Shown here in pieces: positions 1-8,859 of a stretch of 64,000 nucleotides of DNA. The notes under the pieces were generated by a model. It saw only the letters and a list, made by a program, of their open reading frames with translations, did no database searches and was not told the DNA's origin. The position numbers and the translations under genes were made by a program. Origin of the DNA: Pseudomonadota bacterium. Its GTDB lineage: Bacteria; Pseudomonadota; Gammaproteobacteria; Steroidobacterales; Steroidobacteraceae. The stretch lies in contig JBDTSV010000175.1 in assembly GCA_039930985.1 (NCBI GenBank), positions 10,437 to 74,436 of the forward strand. The letters are read 5' to 3'. The stretch's first letter is position 1, and each line of letters begins with the position of its first letter.

Positions 1-675
1 GCAGCGCAACGTGGCATTGCCGGAACGTATCTCGTCATTGGTCCCACACTCTCTGCCTATATTCGAGTGGCCGGGCAGCGCGCCACGACGTGCACACCAA
101 ATGGTGAATGCACCAGCTACTTGAAGATCTTGAGTCTGCAATCGATCAGCTCGGGAGGGGCAAATGCGCCGACTGACTCGGATCTCGCAAACAACGACAC
201 AGAGTTGTTCGGCACGACCCGCGTGGACAAACTTCCTCCAGTGACGCTGCCGGAAAACTACCAGACATCCATCGTAAACTCTTACGACGAGGAGATTGGA
301 CCCGGCATCAGTTTTGCGCTCGTTCAGCTGAACATCAATCCCGGCACGGTGAGAATCGGCACCGAGGTGACCGTAAAATTTAAGGACGGCACGAAGGCGA
401 CTTTCAGGAAAATAAGCAACTCCACCGAAATGTGGATTTGGACAGGGAAAGCCTGGGATAAGGATGGCAATCCCATCAACCGCGACGGGTCGCCGAAGAC
501 CAATCCAAATCCCCCCGGCGGTGGATTCGGTGGGTCGGTTGAAACAAACGTTCCAAATCGCGACGGGTCCAATGTCGTATACACAATGACCACAAGCACC
601 AAGTGCCTTTTCCGGGTCGGGATTTTCTGGCATGGCGTCTGGGGTTACTGGTACGGCTGGCTGAACTGCAACTAG
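1..675 (+). CDS. hypothetical protein, C-terminal part (ORF open to the left window edge)
   Basis: Frame 1 has no stop from base 1 to the TAG at 673-675, so the listed GTG at 67 is probably internal. GC is lower by eye than in neighbouring genes. No family recognised. The C-terminus is aromatic and Gly-rich (WHGVWGYWYGWLNCN). Confidence 0.4.
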   Translation, partial: AAQRGIAGTYLVIGPTLSAYIRVAGQRATTCTPNGECTSYLKILSLQSISSGGANAPTDSDLANNDTELFGTTRVDKLPPVTLPENYQTSIVNSYDEEIGPGISFALVQLNINPGTVRIGTEVTVKFKDGTKATFRKISNSTEMWIWTGKAWDKDGNPINRDGSPKTNPNPPGGGFGGSVETNVPNRDGSNVVYTMTTSTKCLFRVGIFWHGVWGYWYGWLNCN

Positions 676-694
676 TCGCGGTGTAGGCATCACT

Positions 695-1651
695 ATGCGC
701 ACGAAAACTCTTGTCATCGGAATCGCGGCTTTGGCCTTCGGCGGCCTGATCCTGCTTCGATCCCTGCCACACGCGATGGACGACAGGCGTACAGGTGCTG
801 CCAGCATGAGTTCGGCTCCCGCGTCTTTGCCCTCACCCGATCGGGTGGCGGCAAAGACGGCGGTTGCCTTAGGGAACGAGAAGGCAGCGCCTCTTTCGAA
901 CGCATATGCGGATGCATTCGAATCGGCCACGGACCTATGGGATTTCGCAGCGAGCGTGCATGACGCCGCGAGCGCCGGCGACCCGGAAGCCCAGTACTAC
1001 CTGGCGCATGCTCTGAAGTACTGCGCCGACGGGTATCGCTTCTATTTCATTCGCGGCAACAAACGCCGCACCTTGGACGAGGCACTGCAATGGGCGAGCA
1101 CCCGTTCTTCGACAAGCATCGACGAAGTTCGGGAGATTTTCGAGAAGTGTCGCCGTCTCGCGGATGCGCCGGACAAGCCATTCGGAGATTCGAGCGACTG
1201 GCTCAAGGCGTCGAAGGATGCTGGCTATGACCTGGCGATGATTGAATCGGCGCAATCACTCGCCACAAAAGCCGGCGTGAGCGGTGCATCCGAAGACGTC
1301 GAGATGCGAAATGAGGCCAAGCGACTAGCTCTCGCAGCCCTGCGTACTGGGCGCCCAGAGGTCATATTTACATTTGGCGACTTCGCGTCGCTGTTTGTCG
1401 GCAACGCAAGAGAAGCGAGTCAAGAACAGTGGGTGTGGCGGCTGGCGGCATGCGAACGCGGCTTTGATTGTAGCCATGGGGCGGAATGGGTTCGATTTCA
1501 GTGTCGCTTCGACTTCAACTGCCAGCCGCAGGACGACGGCATAGCTTTCATCCATCGCAATAACAGCGAAGATTTCGATGAACTACAGCGTCGCGCTCGT
1601 GAGCTCAACGAAAAGCTGGATGCGGGGAAGTACGACGATCTGTTGGGTTGA
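695..1651 (+). CDS. hypothetical membrane-anchored protein, possibly Sel1/TPR-like helical repeats
   Basis: 318-aa ORF starting 20 nt after the previous stop. It has an N-terminal hydrophobic helix (LVIGIAALAFGGLILL) and a helical Ala/Leu-rich body with a Sel1-like AQYYLAHALKYC segment. No confident family assignment. Confidence 0.5.
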   Translation: MRTKTLVIGIAALAFGGLILLRSLPHAMDDRRTGAASMSSAPASLPSPDRVAAKTAVALGNEKAAPLSNAYADAFESATDLWDFAASVHDAASAGDPEAQYYLAHALKYCADGYRFYFIRGNKRRTLDEALQWASTRSSTSIDEVREIFEKCRRLADAPDKPFGDSSDWLKASKDAGYDLAMIESAQSLATKAGVSGASEDVEMRNEAKRLALAALRTGRPEVIFTFGDFASLFVGNAREASQEQWVWRLAACERGFDCSHGAEWVRFQCRFDFNCQPQDDGIAFIHRNNSEDFDELQRRARELNEKLDAGKYDDLLG

Positions 1652-1715
1652 CCGACATACGTGTCGCTCGCTGAAGTACCCGCGACTACCTGTTCAGAGC
1701 TTGCCTAGCAAAAAG

Positions 1716-1875
1716 GGATCTCTGGTGCGGAGGTCAATTCAGTCTTCGTGACTTCGTGCAAAGCGAGGGCAATGGACCCGCTGAGCACGACTCGTTTCGA
1801 AGCAAGCGTGGCTGAACTTGATCTGGACTAAGGCGGTTAAAAAAAAGCGCGAAGGTGATCTTCAGGCTACGCAAA
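1716..1875 (+). pseudogene. decayed copy of the 3' end of a Gfo/Idh/MocA oxidoreductase gene (paralogous to 14569-14880)
   Basis: Direct nucleotide similarity to 14569-14645 (ggatctctggtgc(c)ggaggtcaattcagtcttcgtgacttcgtgca...cccgctgag) and to 14763-14880 (tttcgaagcaagcgtggctg ... gatctggac.aaggcg ... gctacgcaaa). It carries a 1-nt deletion and two internal deletions. No intact ORF remains. Confidence 0.65.
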
Positions 1876-1984
1876 CCCTTCGGACAGTGACGATTGATCC
1901 CCTCATTGGCCTTAGGTCGGTGTCGGGGTGTGTCCCGCGCAACTTGCGCTACCATGCGCGACGCTTCCAGTGGAGGTTGCCGCA

Positions 1985-2971
1985 ATGCCTATCCAACCAC
2001 CCTTCAGATTTTCCCTGCCGCGAAACTTGCATCTGTACTTCGCCGCGCTGGTGCTGGGTTTGTCGTCTTGCGTCACTGCGTACGGCCAGCAGATCTCCAA
2101 GGGTGATCTCGTCTACCTCACCCGCGAATGGAAGGGCGAGCGCTTCCCGGACGGGCGGCCGAAGGTGCCCGACGCAATCCTCGATCGCATGAAGCTCGTC
2201 ACGCTCGAGGAGGCGTGGGCGGTGCTGCGCGGCGAAAACTTCAACTACCAATACGAAGGCGAGTGGATGACGCTGCGCGATGAGCATGTTCTCGTCGGAC
2301 GCGCCGTGACGGCCACTTTCATGCCCGGGCGGCCCGACATCCATCGGGCTATCGACGAACGCGGGCACAAGCAGGACGGCCGGATCAAGTCGCAGAACTC
2401 TTGGACCATCGACCTGCTGGGGTCGCGTGACACCTACGTCGTCGATCAGTTCGGAGCGCAGGTCGACGGCCCGACCATTGGCGACAACCTCGGCAACTCG
2501 ATCTTCGCGAAGACCGGCAATGGCATCGTCTACAACGGCGCGGTTCGCGACATCGCGGGCCTCAAGCAAATTGATGGCTTCATGGCGTTCTTCAAGAGCT
2601 ACCACCCATCGCACCATCTCAACGACCCGGAAGGCCGGCTCAATACCACGCTGGTCGGCATCAACCAGCCGACGCGCATCGGTGCTGCCACGGTGATGCC
2701 GGGCGATGTTGTGCTCGGGCGCGATGGCGGCGTGATCTTCATCCCGCCTCAGCTTGCCGAGAAAGTGGTGAAGACGTCGGAGATCGTGCGCCTGCGTGAC
2801 ATGTTCGGGCACCAGCGGCTGCGCGAACAGAAGTACACGCCGGGCCAGATCGATTCGCGCTGGTCGGCGGAGATCGAGAAAGACTTCTCCGCGTGGCTCA
2901 ACGAGCACATCGACAAGCTGCCGGTTCCGAAGGAAGAAATTCAGGAATATCTCAAGACGCGTACCTGGTGA
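1985..2971 (+). CDS. RraA-family protein (4-hydroxy-4-methyl-2-oxoglutarate aldolase/oxaloacetate decarboxylase-like) with an N-terminal signal peptide
   Basis: RraA-like core (VGRAVTATFMPG...DTYVVDQFG...GDNLGNSIFAKTGNGIVYNGAVRD). The internal ATG at 1985 gives the leader MPIQPPFRFSLPRNLHLYFAALVLGLSSCVTAYGQQ. The ORF track starts earlier, at 1928. Confidence 0.75.
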   Translation: MPIQPPFRFSLPRNLHLYFAALVLGLSSCVTAYGQQISKGDLVYLTREWKGERFPDGRPKVPDAILDRMKLVTLEEAWAVLRGENFNYQYEGEWMTLRDEHVLVGRAVTATFMPGRPDIHRAIDERGHKQDGRIKSQNSWTIDLLGSRDTYVVDQFGAQVDGPTIGDNLGNSIFAKTGNGIVYNGAVRDIAGLKQIDGFMAFFKSYHPSHHLNDPEGRLNTTLVGINQPTRIGAATVMPGDVVLGRDGGVIFIPPQLAEKVVKTSEIVRLRDMFGHQRLREQKYTPGQIDSRWSAEIEKDFSAWLNEHIDKLPVPKEEIQEYLKTRTW

Positions 2972-3050
2972 GCGGCGCCGGACGCCAGGCAGTGACCACG
3001 CTCGAGCCGCGTAGAACCACCATGGACGAACGTTCCAGAGGCTTTCCCCA

Positions 3051-4322
3051 ATGAAGCACACTCACTCGCGTCGCAATTTCCTCGGCACCTTGGCGAGCGC
3101 GGGCGCTGGCCTCGCAGCGTTCGGCATCGGCCTCGAGGCGGCCGTGGCCGCAGCACCGAAGTCCTCGGCGCCGTCGGATCTGAAGATCACCGACGTCAAG
3201 TGCGCATACATCCGCAACGGCAACACGCTGTTCGTGAAGATCCATACCAACCAGGGCATCTGGGGCTGCGGTGAGGGCACCGATGCCGTCGCTGGGACCT
3301 ACCATCTCGTAAAGACGCTCGGCGCGCGCCTCAAGGGGCAGAACCCGCTGAACGTCCATCGGCTGTTCGAGGACTTACGGCGCGGCGGCGTTTTTGCAGG
3401 CGCGCAGGCCGGGATGTTCGTCGCCGTGTTGTCGGCGGTGGAAACGGCGTTATGGGATCTTGCCGGCAAGGCGCTCGGCGTGCCGGTCTACCAGCTGCTC
3501 GGCGGCAAATTCCGCGATCGCATCCGCGTGTATCTGGATACCGCGCTCTACCAGCGACAGCGGCCGAAGCCCGAAGACTTCGCGACTGCCGCGCGCGAGG
3601 CGGTCACCATGGGCTTCACTGCGGTGAAGTTCGACCTCGATCAGTACAACGATCCTAACAAATACGATGCCTACAACTGGACCGCGAGTCCGGCGGAACA
3701 GCGGCGCATGGTCGACCAGATGACGGCCGCGCGCGAGGCGTTGGGGCCGAACTTCGACATCTGCGCCGACATGCACGGCCGCTACGATGCGCCGACGGGC
3801 GAGAAGATCGCGAAGCTGATGGAGCCGTTGAACCTCATGTGGCTCGAAGAGCCGATACCGGCGGAAAACGTGCAGGCTTACAAGCGGATAACCGACTCCA
3901 CGTCGACGCCGATCTGCGCGGGCGAGAACCAGTACCTCGCCTTTGGGTTCCGCGAGATGCTCGAGATCGGCGCCGTCGACATCGTCATGCCCGACCTGCA
4001 GAAGTGTGGCGGGCTCGGCGAGGGGCAGCGCATCGCGAATCTGGCGAACCTCTATCACACGCCGTTCGCGCCGCACATGGTGTCGTCGTTCCTGGGCGCG
4101 ATGGCGTCGTGTCACGTGTGCGCGTCGGTGCCTAACTTCATGATCATGGAGTGGCAGATTTACTTCCACAAAGAACCCATGTTCGACGAGATCGTCACGT
4201 ACGACGGCCCGAAGGTCGCGGACGGCTTCATCAGGCTGTCTGACAAGCCCGGAATCGGCGTCGAGATCAACGAGGAGGGCATGCGCAAGTACGCCGCGCG
4301 CGGGATGCCGTTCTTCGAATGA
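3051..4322 (+). CDS. enolase-superfamily enzyme (mandelate racemase/muconate lactonizing family, acid-sugar dehydratase-like) with a twin-arginine leader
   Basis: Tat motif SRRNFLGTLASAGAGLAAF. MR/MLE-type motifs are present: AVETALWDLAGKALGVPVYQLLGG, KFDLD, DMHGRY, LEEP, AGEN. Confidence 0.85.
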   Translation: MKHTHSRRNFLGTLASAGAGLAAFGIGLEAAVAAAPKSSAPSDLKITDVKCAYIRNGNTLFVKIHTNQGIWGCGEGTDAVAGTYHLVKTLGARLKGQNPLNVHRLFEDLRRGGVFAGAQAGMFVAVLSAVETALWDLAGKALGVPVYQLLGGKFRDRIRVYLDTALYQRQRPKPEDFATAAREAVTMGFTAVKFDLDQYNDPNKYDAYNWTASPAEQRRMVDQMTAAREALGPNFDICADMHGRYDAPTGEKIAKLMEPLNLMWLEEPIPAENVQAYKRITDSTSTPICAGENQYLAFGFREMLEIGAVDIVMPDLQKCGGLGEGQRIANLANLYHTPFAPHMVSSFLGAMASCHVCASVPNFMIMEWQIYFHKEPMFDEIVTYDGPKVADGFIRLSDKPGIGVEINEEGMRKYAARGMPFFE

Positions 4323-5413
4323 CGCCGCCTCACAAACTGCTGCTGCGCCTCTCCCTCCTGCTGCTCGTCGCAGCGGTTGTCCTCTTCGGGATCGGCCGGC
4401 CGTTGCCCGCAGGCTGCGTGTTGACCGCCTGCTTTCTGGCTGCGGCCATCGGCGTCCGCGCGAACGAGCGGCTGCGAGGCATCTCCTACAGTCTGATGAT
4501 CTTCGCGGCGGTCACGTTCGCGATGTGTTTTCCGGCGCCGCTGGTGGCGTGGGGCGGTTTCAAGCTGAGCCTGCTCATCGTGCCGCTGCTGCAGATCATC
4601 ATGTTCGGGATGGGCACGGTGATGAGCGCGAAGGATTTCGTCGCGGTGGTGAAGGCGCCAAAGGCGGTCGGGGTCGGGCTGGTCCTGCAATACACCATCA
4701 TGCCTTTCGTGGCACTCGGGCTCGTCGTGGCCTTCGGTTTCCCGCCGGAGATCGCCGCGGGCGTGATTCTCGTCGGCGCGGCCCCGAGCGGCCTCGCGTC
4801 CAATGTCATGGCTTACATCGCCCATGCCAACCTCGCGCTCTCGGTCACCCTAACTACCATCGGCACGCTGCTGTCGCCGTTCATCACGCCGCTCTACATG
4901 CAGTGGATGGCGGGCCGGTACATCCCGATCGACGCCTGGTCGATGATGTGGGATATCACCAAGATCACCATCCTGCCGATCGTCGCCGGATTGATCTTCA
5001 ATCGGCTGTTCCACGGCAAGACCGCGTGGCTCGATCGTCTGATGCCGCGGGTTTCGATGGCCGGAATCGCCGCGATCCTCATGATCATGACGGCGGGGCG
5101 CCGGGACGAACTGGTCGTCGTTGGCTTGATCCTCATCGTGGTCACGCTGCTCCACAACGTCTCGGGTTACCTGCTCGGCTACTGGATCTGCCGATTCCTG
5201 CGCATGGACGAACGAACTTGCCGGACGATCTCGTTCGAAGTCGGATTGCAGAACGCGGGGCTTGCCACTGGCCTCGCACAGGAGCTCGGTCGCCAGGTGG
5301 CCCTCGCTCCGGTGGTGTTCGGCTCTCTCATGAACATCACCGGCGCCACGCTTGCGACCTGGTGGCGCGAAAAGCCGATCGACGAAAACCGGCAGCCCGC
5401 CGATCGCGGCTGA
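4319..5413 (+). CDS. bile acid:sodium symporter (BASS/SBF) family transporter
   Basis: Polytopic membrane protein with the BASS signature region GVILVGAAPSGLASNVMAYIAHANLALSVTLTTIGTLLSPFITPL. Its ATG overlaps the preceding stop (ATGA). Confidence 0.85.
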   Translation: MTPPHKLLLRLSLLLLVAAVVLFGIGRPLPAGCVLTACFLAAAIGVRANERLRGISYSLMIFAAVTFAMCFPAPLVAWGGFKLSLLIVPLLQIIMFGMGTVMSAKDFVAVVKAPKAVGVGLVLQYTIMPFVALGLVVAFGFPPEIAAGVILVGAAPSGLASNVMAYIAHANLALSVTLTTIGTLLSPFITPLYMQWMAGRYIPIDAWSMMWDITKITILPIVAGLIFNRLFHGKTAWLDRLMPRVSMAGIAAILMIMTAGRRDELVVVGLILIVVTLLHNVSGYLLGYWICRFLRMDERTCRTISFEVGLQNAGLATGLAQELGRQVALAPVVFGSLMNITGATLATWWREKPIDENRQPADRG

Positions 5414-5429
5414 CGCCGCGAGACATTGC

Positions 5430-5457
5430 GCTCGCGCCATCAGAGTGCGGCGCGAGC
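5430..5457 (+). terminator. possible stem-loop downstream of the BASS gene
   Basis: gctcgcgcc (5430-5438) is complementary to ggcgcgagc (5449-5457), with a 10-nt loop. There is no clear T-tract afterwards. Confidence 0.3.
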
Positions 5458-5566
5458 CGTAGCTAGGCTTTGGACTTATTGTTAGTGCGCCCAGGTTGAC
5501 CTTGGCGCTCCCCGGCATCGAAGATGTACCGGCGGCAGGTGCCGCGCGACCACAAGCACTAGTGAC

Positions 5567-7603
5567 ATGCGCAGATTCGCCGTCGGATTGACCGTTCTCC
5601 TGGTGTCGTGCGGCGGAGGCGGTTCCGGCGGCGGCTCGCCGCCACCCTCGTCGCCGCCGCCGCCACCACCCCCGGTCAACCAGCCGCCGACGATCACCTC
5701 GCTGGCGTTCGCCGCGGCCGAGGACCGCGACTATGTCGGCGCGATGACCGCGACGGACCCGGAAGGCACCGCCATCACCTTCGTCCGCATCAGCGATCCC
5801 ATGCACGGCCAACTCATGAGCTTCACGGCCGGCGGCGCGTTCACCTATCGCCCGGCGGCAAACTTCGCCGGTGCAGACACATTCAGCGTGCGCGCCACCG
5901 ACGTGGCCAATGCCGAGGTCACGGCCACGATCACCATCAACGTGGCTAACAGCGACGACGATGCCCCCGTCCTGCGCACCGACATTTTGCAGGCGACTGG
6001 CACGAATCCACTGGTCGACGTGCTGGCCAATGACGAAGAGCTCGACGGCGAGGCTCTGACGCTCACGCTCGTGGGCAATCCAGACTTCGGATCCGCCACG
6101 CTCGAGAACCGGAAGATCCGCTTCAACCTGCCCGCCGGCTTCAAGGGCTTCAACCGCTTCCAGTACCGCGCGCTGGATGGCGCAGGGCAGGGTGGTGTCG
6201 TCAAGGCGGTGGTGTTCGTCGACGCGCAGCCGTCGCGCCTCGTGTACTTCTCGACGAGCAGCACGACGAATGGCTACTCCAATGTGTATGTCGACGACTT
6301 CGTCTCGACGCGAAAATTGACGTCCCACGAGACGACCTATCCGGTCGACGGCCTATATCCCTACAACTTCATTCGCGGCAACAGTGGTCGCAACATCATC
6401 GTGACGTACAAGCTCGACTCGCATTACGCGCCGATCAATGGGCTCGCGGTGATTTCCACGGACGGCTCGTTCGCGCCCCGGCGGCTGACCCCTGCGCCCT
6501 CGGGCAATATTTCGGACGCCTACGAGATCGTTTCCGACATCAGTCCGGACGGTCGCTGGGTCGTGTACAAGCACCAATTCAACGGTGACGCGCGGTACTT
6601 CCTCGCGGACCTCACACTGAATGGCGCGACGACCGAACTCGCGTTGCCTGTGGGCGCGATCTCGCTACACGCGGATTACGCGATCCTGTTCGGACCCGGC
6701 TCGCAGTATTTCTACGCGCCGGTCGAGTTCGGGTTTCCCAACTTCAAGCGCGGCAGCGCCATCTACCGCTACCCGGTCGCAAGCCCAGCGGCCGCGCCGC
6801 AGCTCGTGAGCCCCGCTGCACGCGAAGATGTCTCGGTCCAGATTACGCGCATCTCGCCGGACGAAGCGCGCATCCTGTACACCGAATATCGGTCGGGCGA
6901 TTTCGGCTTCTCGCTGCACATCCTGCCCATCGCGAATCCGTCGGCGGCAATCAGGCTGTCACACGCATTCGGCGCACAGGAACGCATCTCCGGATTCATC
7001 CGCACGAACGCGCAGTTTTCACGCGTCTACTATCCCACCGAGGATGGCGTCGATCCCAACTACACGTTCCGGCTGTACGGCGCGGATACCACGATCGCCG
7101 ACTCCGCATCACTGATCACGAACCTGCCCGCGGATGAATGGCGGCCCGAGGTCTGGGAGCTGAGCCCGGACGAGACATCGGTGCTGATGTCCGCGCCCGT
7201 GCGCGTGTCAGGCCAACGGTACGACCGCGCGAGCACGCTCGCATTGACGCCAGGCGCGCAGCCGCACGTGGTCGTTCCGCAGTTGCAGTGGCTGAATCAG
7301 TACAAGTTCATCGACGCGGGTCGGTTCGTCCTGTACGGCGACGGCAGTTCGATCTATCGCGTTCCGTCGACGGGTGCGCCGAATCCGGTTCTGGTCGCAT
7401 CGAAGGCCACCAGCGGTTACGACCTGGCACCCGACGGCGCTTACGTCGCCACGACTTTCAGTGATATCCAGGTGAGCCCGGCGAACAATCACCTGTGGCT
7501 CTCGAACACCATGTCCATGGGCGGCGTGCAGCAGGTGGAGTTCTCGGGCGTTGGTGACGCGACGGCGTACGTATCGACGTGGGGGTTCATCCCGGCGCAA
7601 TGA
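5567..7603 (+). CDS. lipoprotein with cadherin-like/Ig-like domains and a TolB-like beta-propeller region
   Basis: Lipobox LLVSCGG followed by a Gly/Ser/Pro linker. Two segments resemble bacterial cadherin/VCBS domains (FAGADTFSVRATD..ATITINV; NRFQYRALDG). The C-terminal half has PD40-like ISPDGRWVVY and LSPDETS motifs. Confidence 0.7.
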   Translation: MRRFAVGLTVLLVSCGGGGSGGGSPPPSSPPPPPPPVNQPPTITSLAFAAAEDRDYVGAMTATDPEGTAITFVRISDPMHGQLMSFTAGGAFTYRPAANFAGADTFSVRATDVANAEVTATITINVANSDDDAPVLRTDILQATGTNPLVDVLANDEELDGEALTLTLVGNPDFGSATLENRKIRFNLPAGFKGFNRFQYRALDGAGQGGVVKAVVFVDAQPSRLVYFSTSSTTNGYSNVYVDDFVSTRKLTSHETTYPVDGLYPYNFIRGNSGRNIIVTYKLDSHYAPINGLAVISTDGSFAPRRLTPAPSGNISDAYEIVSDISPDGRWVVYKHQFNGDARYFLADLTLNGATTELALPVGAISLHADYAILFGPGSQYFYAPVEFGFPNFKRGSAIYRYPVASPAAAPQLVSPAAREDVSVQITRISPDEARILYTEYRSGDFGFSLHILPIANPSAAIRLSHAFGAQERISGFIRTNAQFSRVYYPTEDGVDPNYTFRLYGADTTIADSASLITNLPADEWRPEVWELSPDETSVLMSAPVRVSGQRYDRASTLALTPGAQPHVVVPQLQWLNQYKFIDAGRFVLYGDGSSIYRVPSTGAPNPVLVASKATSGYDLAPDGAYVATTFSDIQVSPANNHLWLSNTMSMGGVQQVEFSGVGDATAYVSTWGFIPAQ

Positions 7604-7706
7604 CCGGGAGTGCGTCGCAGATTTCTGAATCACTGGCGTGTCATCCAGCAATGTATAGTTTGGCAATCATCGGGCGCCCCGCCCGACCACGAGTGCGAGG
7701 AACGTC

Positions 7707-8846
7707 ATGGGTCTGATTCAGGCGGTGTCTGGTTCGATCGGCGGCATGCTCGCCGACCAGTGGAAGGACTTCTACACAGTACCCGCAGGTTTGCCTGGTA
7801 CCGCGGCATTGTTCGCGGCCGTGCCGCAGGGCACGAACGCCGGACGCGGGTCCAACACCAAGGGCTCCTCGAACATCATCACGAACGGCTCGAAGGTCGT
7901 CGTGCCCGAAGGCTACGGGCTGCTGCTGTTCCAGGACGGCGCCATCACCGGCTTTGCCTCCGAGGCGGGCGGATACATCTGGCAGTCCGACGACCTCAAT
8001 TCGAAGTCGATCTTCGCCGGCGACGGTGTGGTGAGCTCACTCATCAAGCAAAGCTGGGAGCGCTTCAAGTTCGGCGGCCAGCCGGGCTCGCAACAGGCGG
8101 CGTTCTTCGTTTCGCTGAAAGAGCTGCCCGACAACCGCTTCGGCACGCAGTCCGAGATTTACTGGGACGACGGCTTCCTAAAAACGCAGGTCGGCGCGGT
8201 GACGCGCGGCTCATACACGCTCAAGATCGTCGACCCGATTTTGTTCGTCAAACACTTCGTGCCGGCTTCGTACCTGCAGGTCGGCAAGGTGTTCGACTTC
8301 ACGGACATGGACAACGCCGCGGCCGGCCAGCTCTTCAACGAAGTCGTTGGTTCGTTGGCGCCGGCGTTCAGCCTGTACACGAACGATCCGGCCAAGGGCA
8401 ATCGCATCACCAAGCTGCAGCAGGACTCGATCGGTTTCGCGAAGAGCCTGTCGCAGGCGGTGGAAAACGCCTACCAGTGGCGCACCGATCGCGGTCTCGA
8501 GATCATCAAGGTGGCGATCGTCTCCATCGAGTACGACGCGAACACGAAGGAGCTGCTGAAGACTGTGCAGCGCGCCGATGCGCTCAGCGGCTCGCGCGGC
8601 AACTCGAACCTGCAAGCGAGCGTCGCGCAGGGTATTCAGTCGGCCGGCGAGAACGGCGGTGCGGCTGGCCTCGTGGGCATTGGCATGGCGAGCGGCATGA
8701 TGGGAGTCGGCGGCATGCAGCAACCCGTCGCACCCGCGGCTGACGATCCGGTCGCCAAGCTCAAGAAGGCGAAGGAGATGCTCGACCTCGGGCTGATCAC
8801 ACAGTCCGACTACGACACGCTGAAGGCCAAGGCATTGGGCCTCTAG
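7707..8846 (+). CDS. SPFH/Band-7-like protein (YdjI/COG4260 type) with a C-terminal SHOCT-like domain
   Basis: The N-terminus MGLIQAVSGSIGGMLADQWKDFY is typical of this family. The C-terminal AKLKKAKEMLDLGLITQSDYDTLKAKALGL matches the SHOCT pattern. A GAGG lies upstream of the ATG. Confidence 0.8.
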   Translation: MGLIQAVSGSIGGMLADQWKDFYTVPAGLPGTAALFAAVPQGTNAGRGSNTKGSSNIITNGSKVVVPEGYGLLLFQDGAITGFASEAGGYIWQSDDLNSKSIFAGDGVVSSLIKQSWERFKFGGQPGSQQAAFFVSLKELPDNRFGTQSEIYWDDGFLKTQVGAVTRGSYTLKIVDPILFVKHFVPASYLQVGKVFDFTDMDNAAAGQLFNEVVGSLAPAFSLYTNDPAKGNRITKLQQDSIGFAKSLSQAVENAYQWRTDRGLEIIKVAIVSIEYDANTKELLKTVQRADALSGSRGNSNLQASVAQGIQSAGENGGAAGLVGIGMASGMMGVGGMQQPVAPAADDPVAKLKKAKEMLDLGLITQSDYDTLKAKALGL

Positions 8847-8859
8847 GCGCGCGCCGGAA

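Noticed and set aside
1949-3061. 370-aa minus-strand ORF antisense to the RraA-like gene. The same applies to similar long shadow ORFs: 4850-6328(-), 8211-9470(-), 8797-10017(-), 15646-16470(-), 22355-23392(-), 38144-38866(-), 39494-40393(-), 58294-59406(-).
   Set aside because: All lie opposite or out of frame to genes with clear family motifs. Their translations are Arg/Ala/Gly/Pro-rich low-complexity strings typical of non-coding frames in GC-rich DNA. No motifs were recognised.
7610-8743. 377-aa plus-strand ORF overlapping the SPFH gene in another frame.
   Set aside because: Its composition is extremely Arg/Gly-rich, with no start context. The overlapping frame encodes a well-formed SPFH-SHOCT protein.
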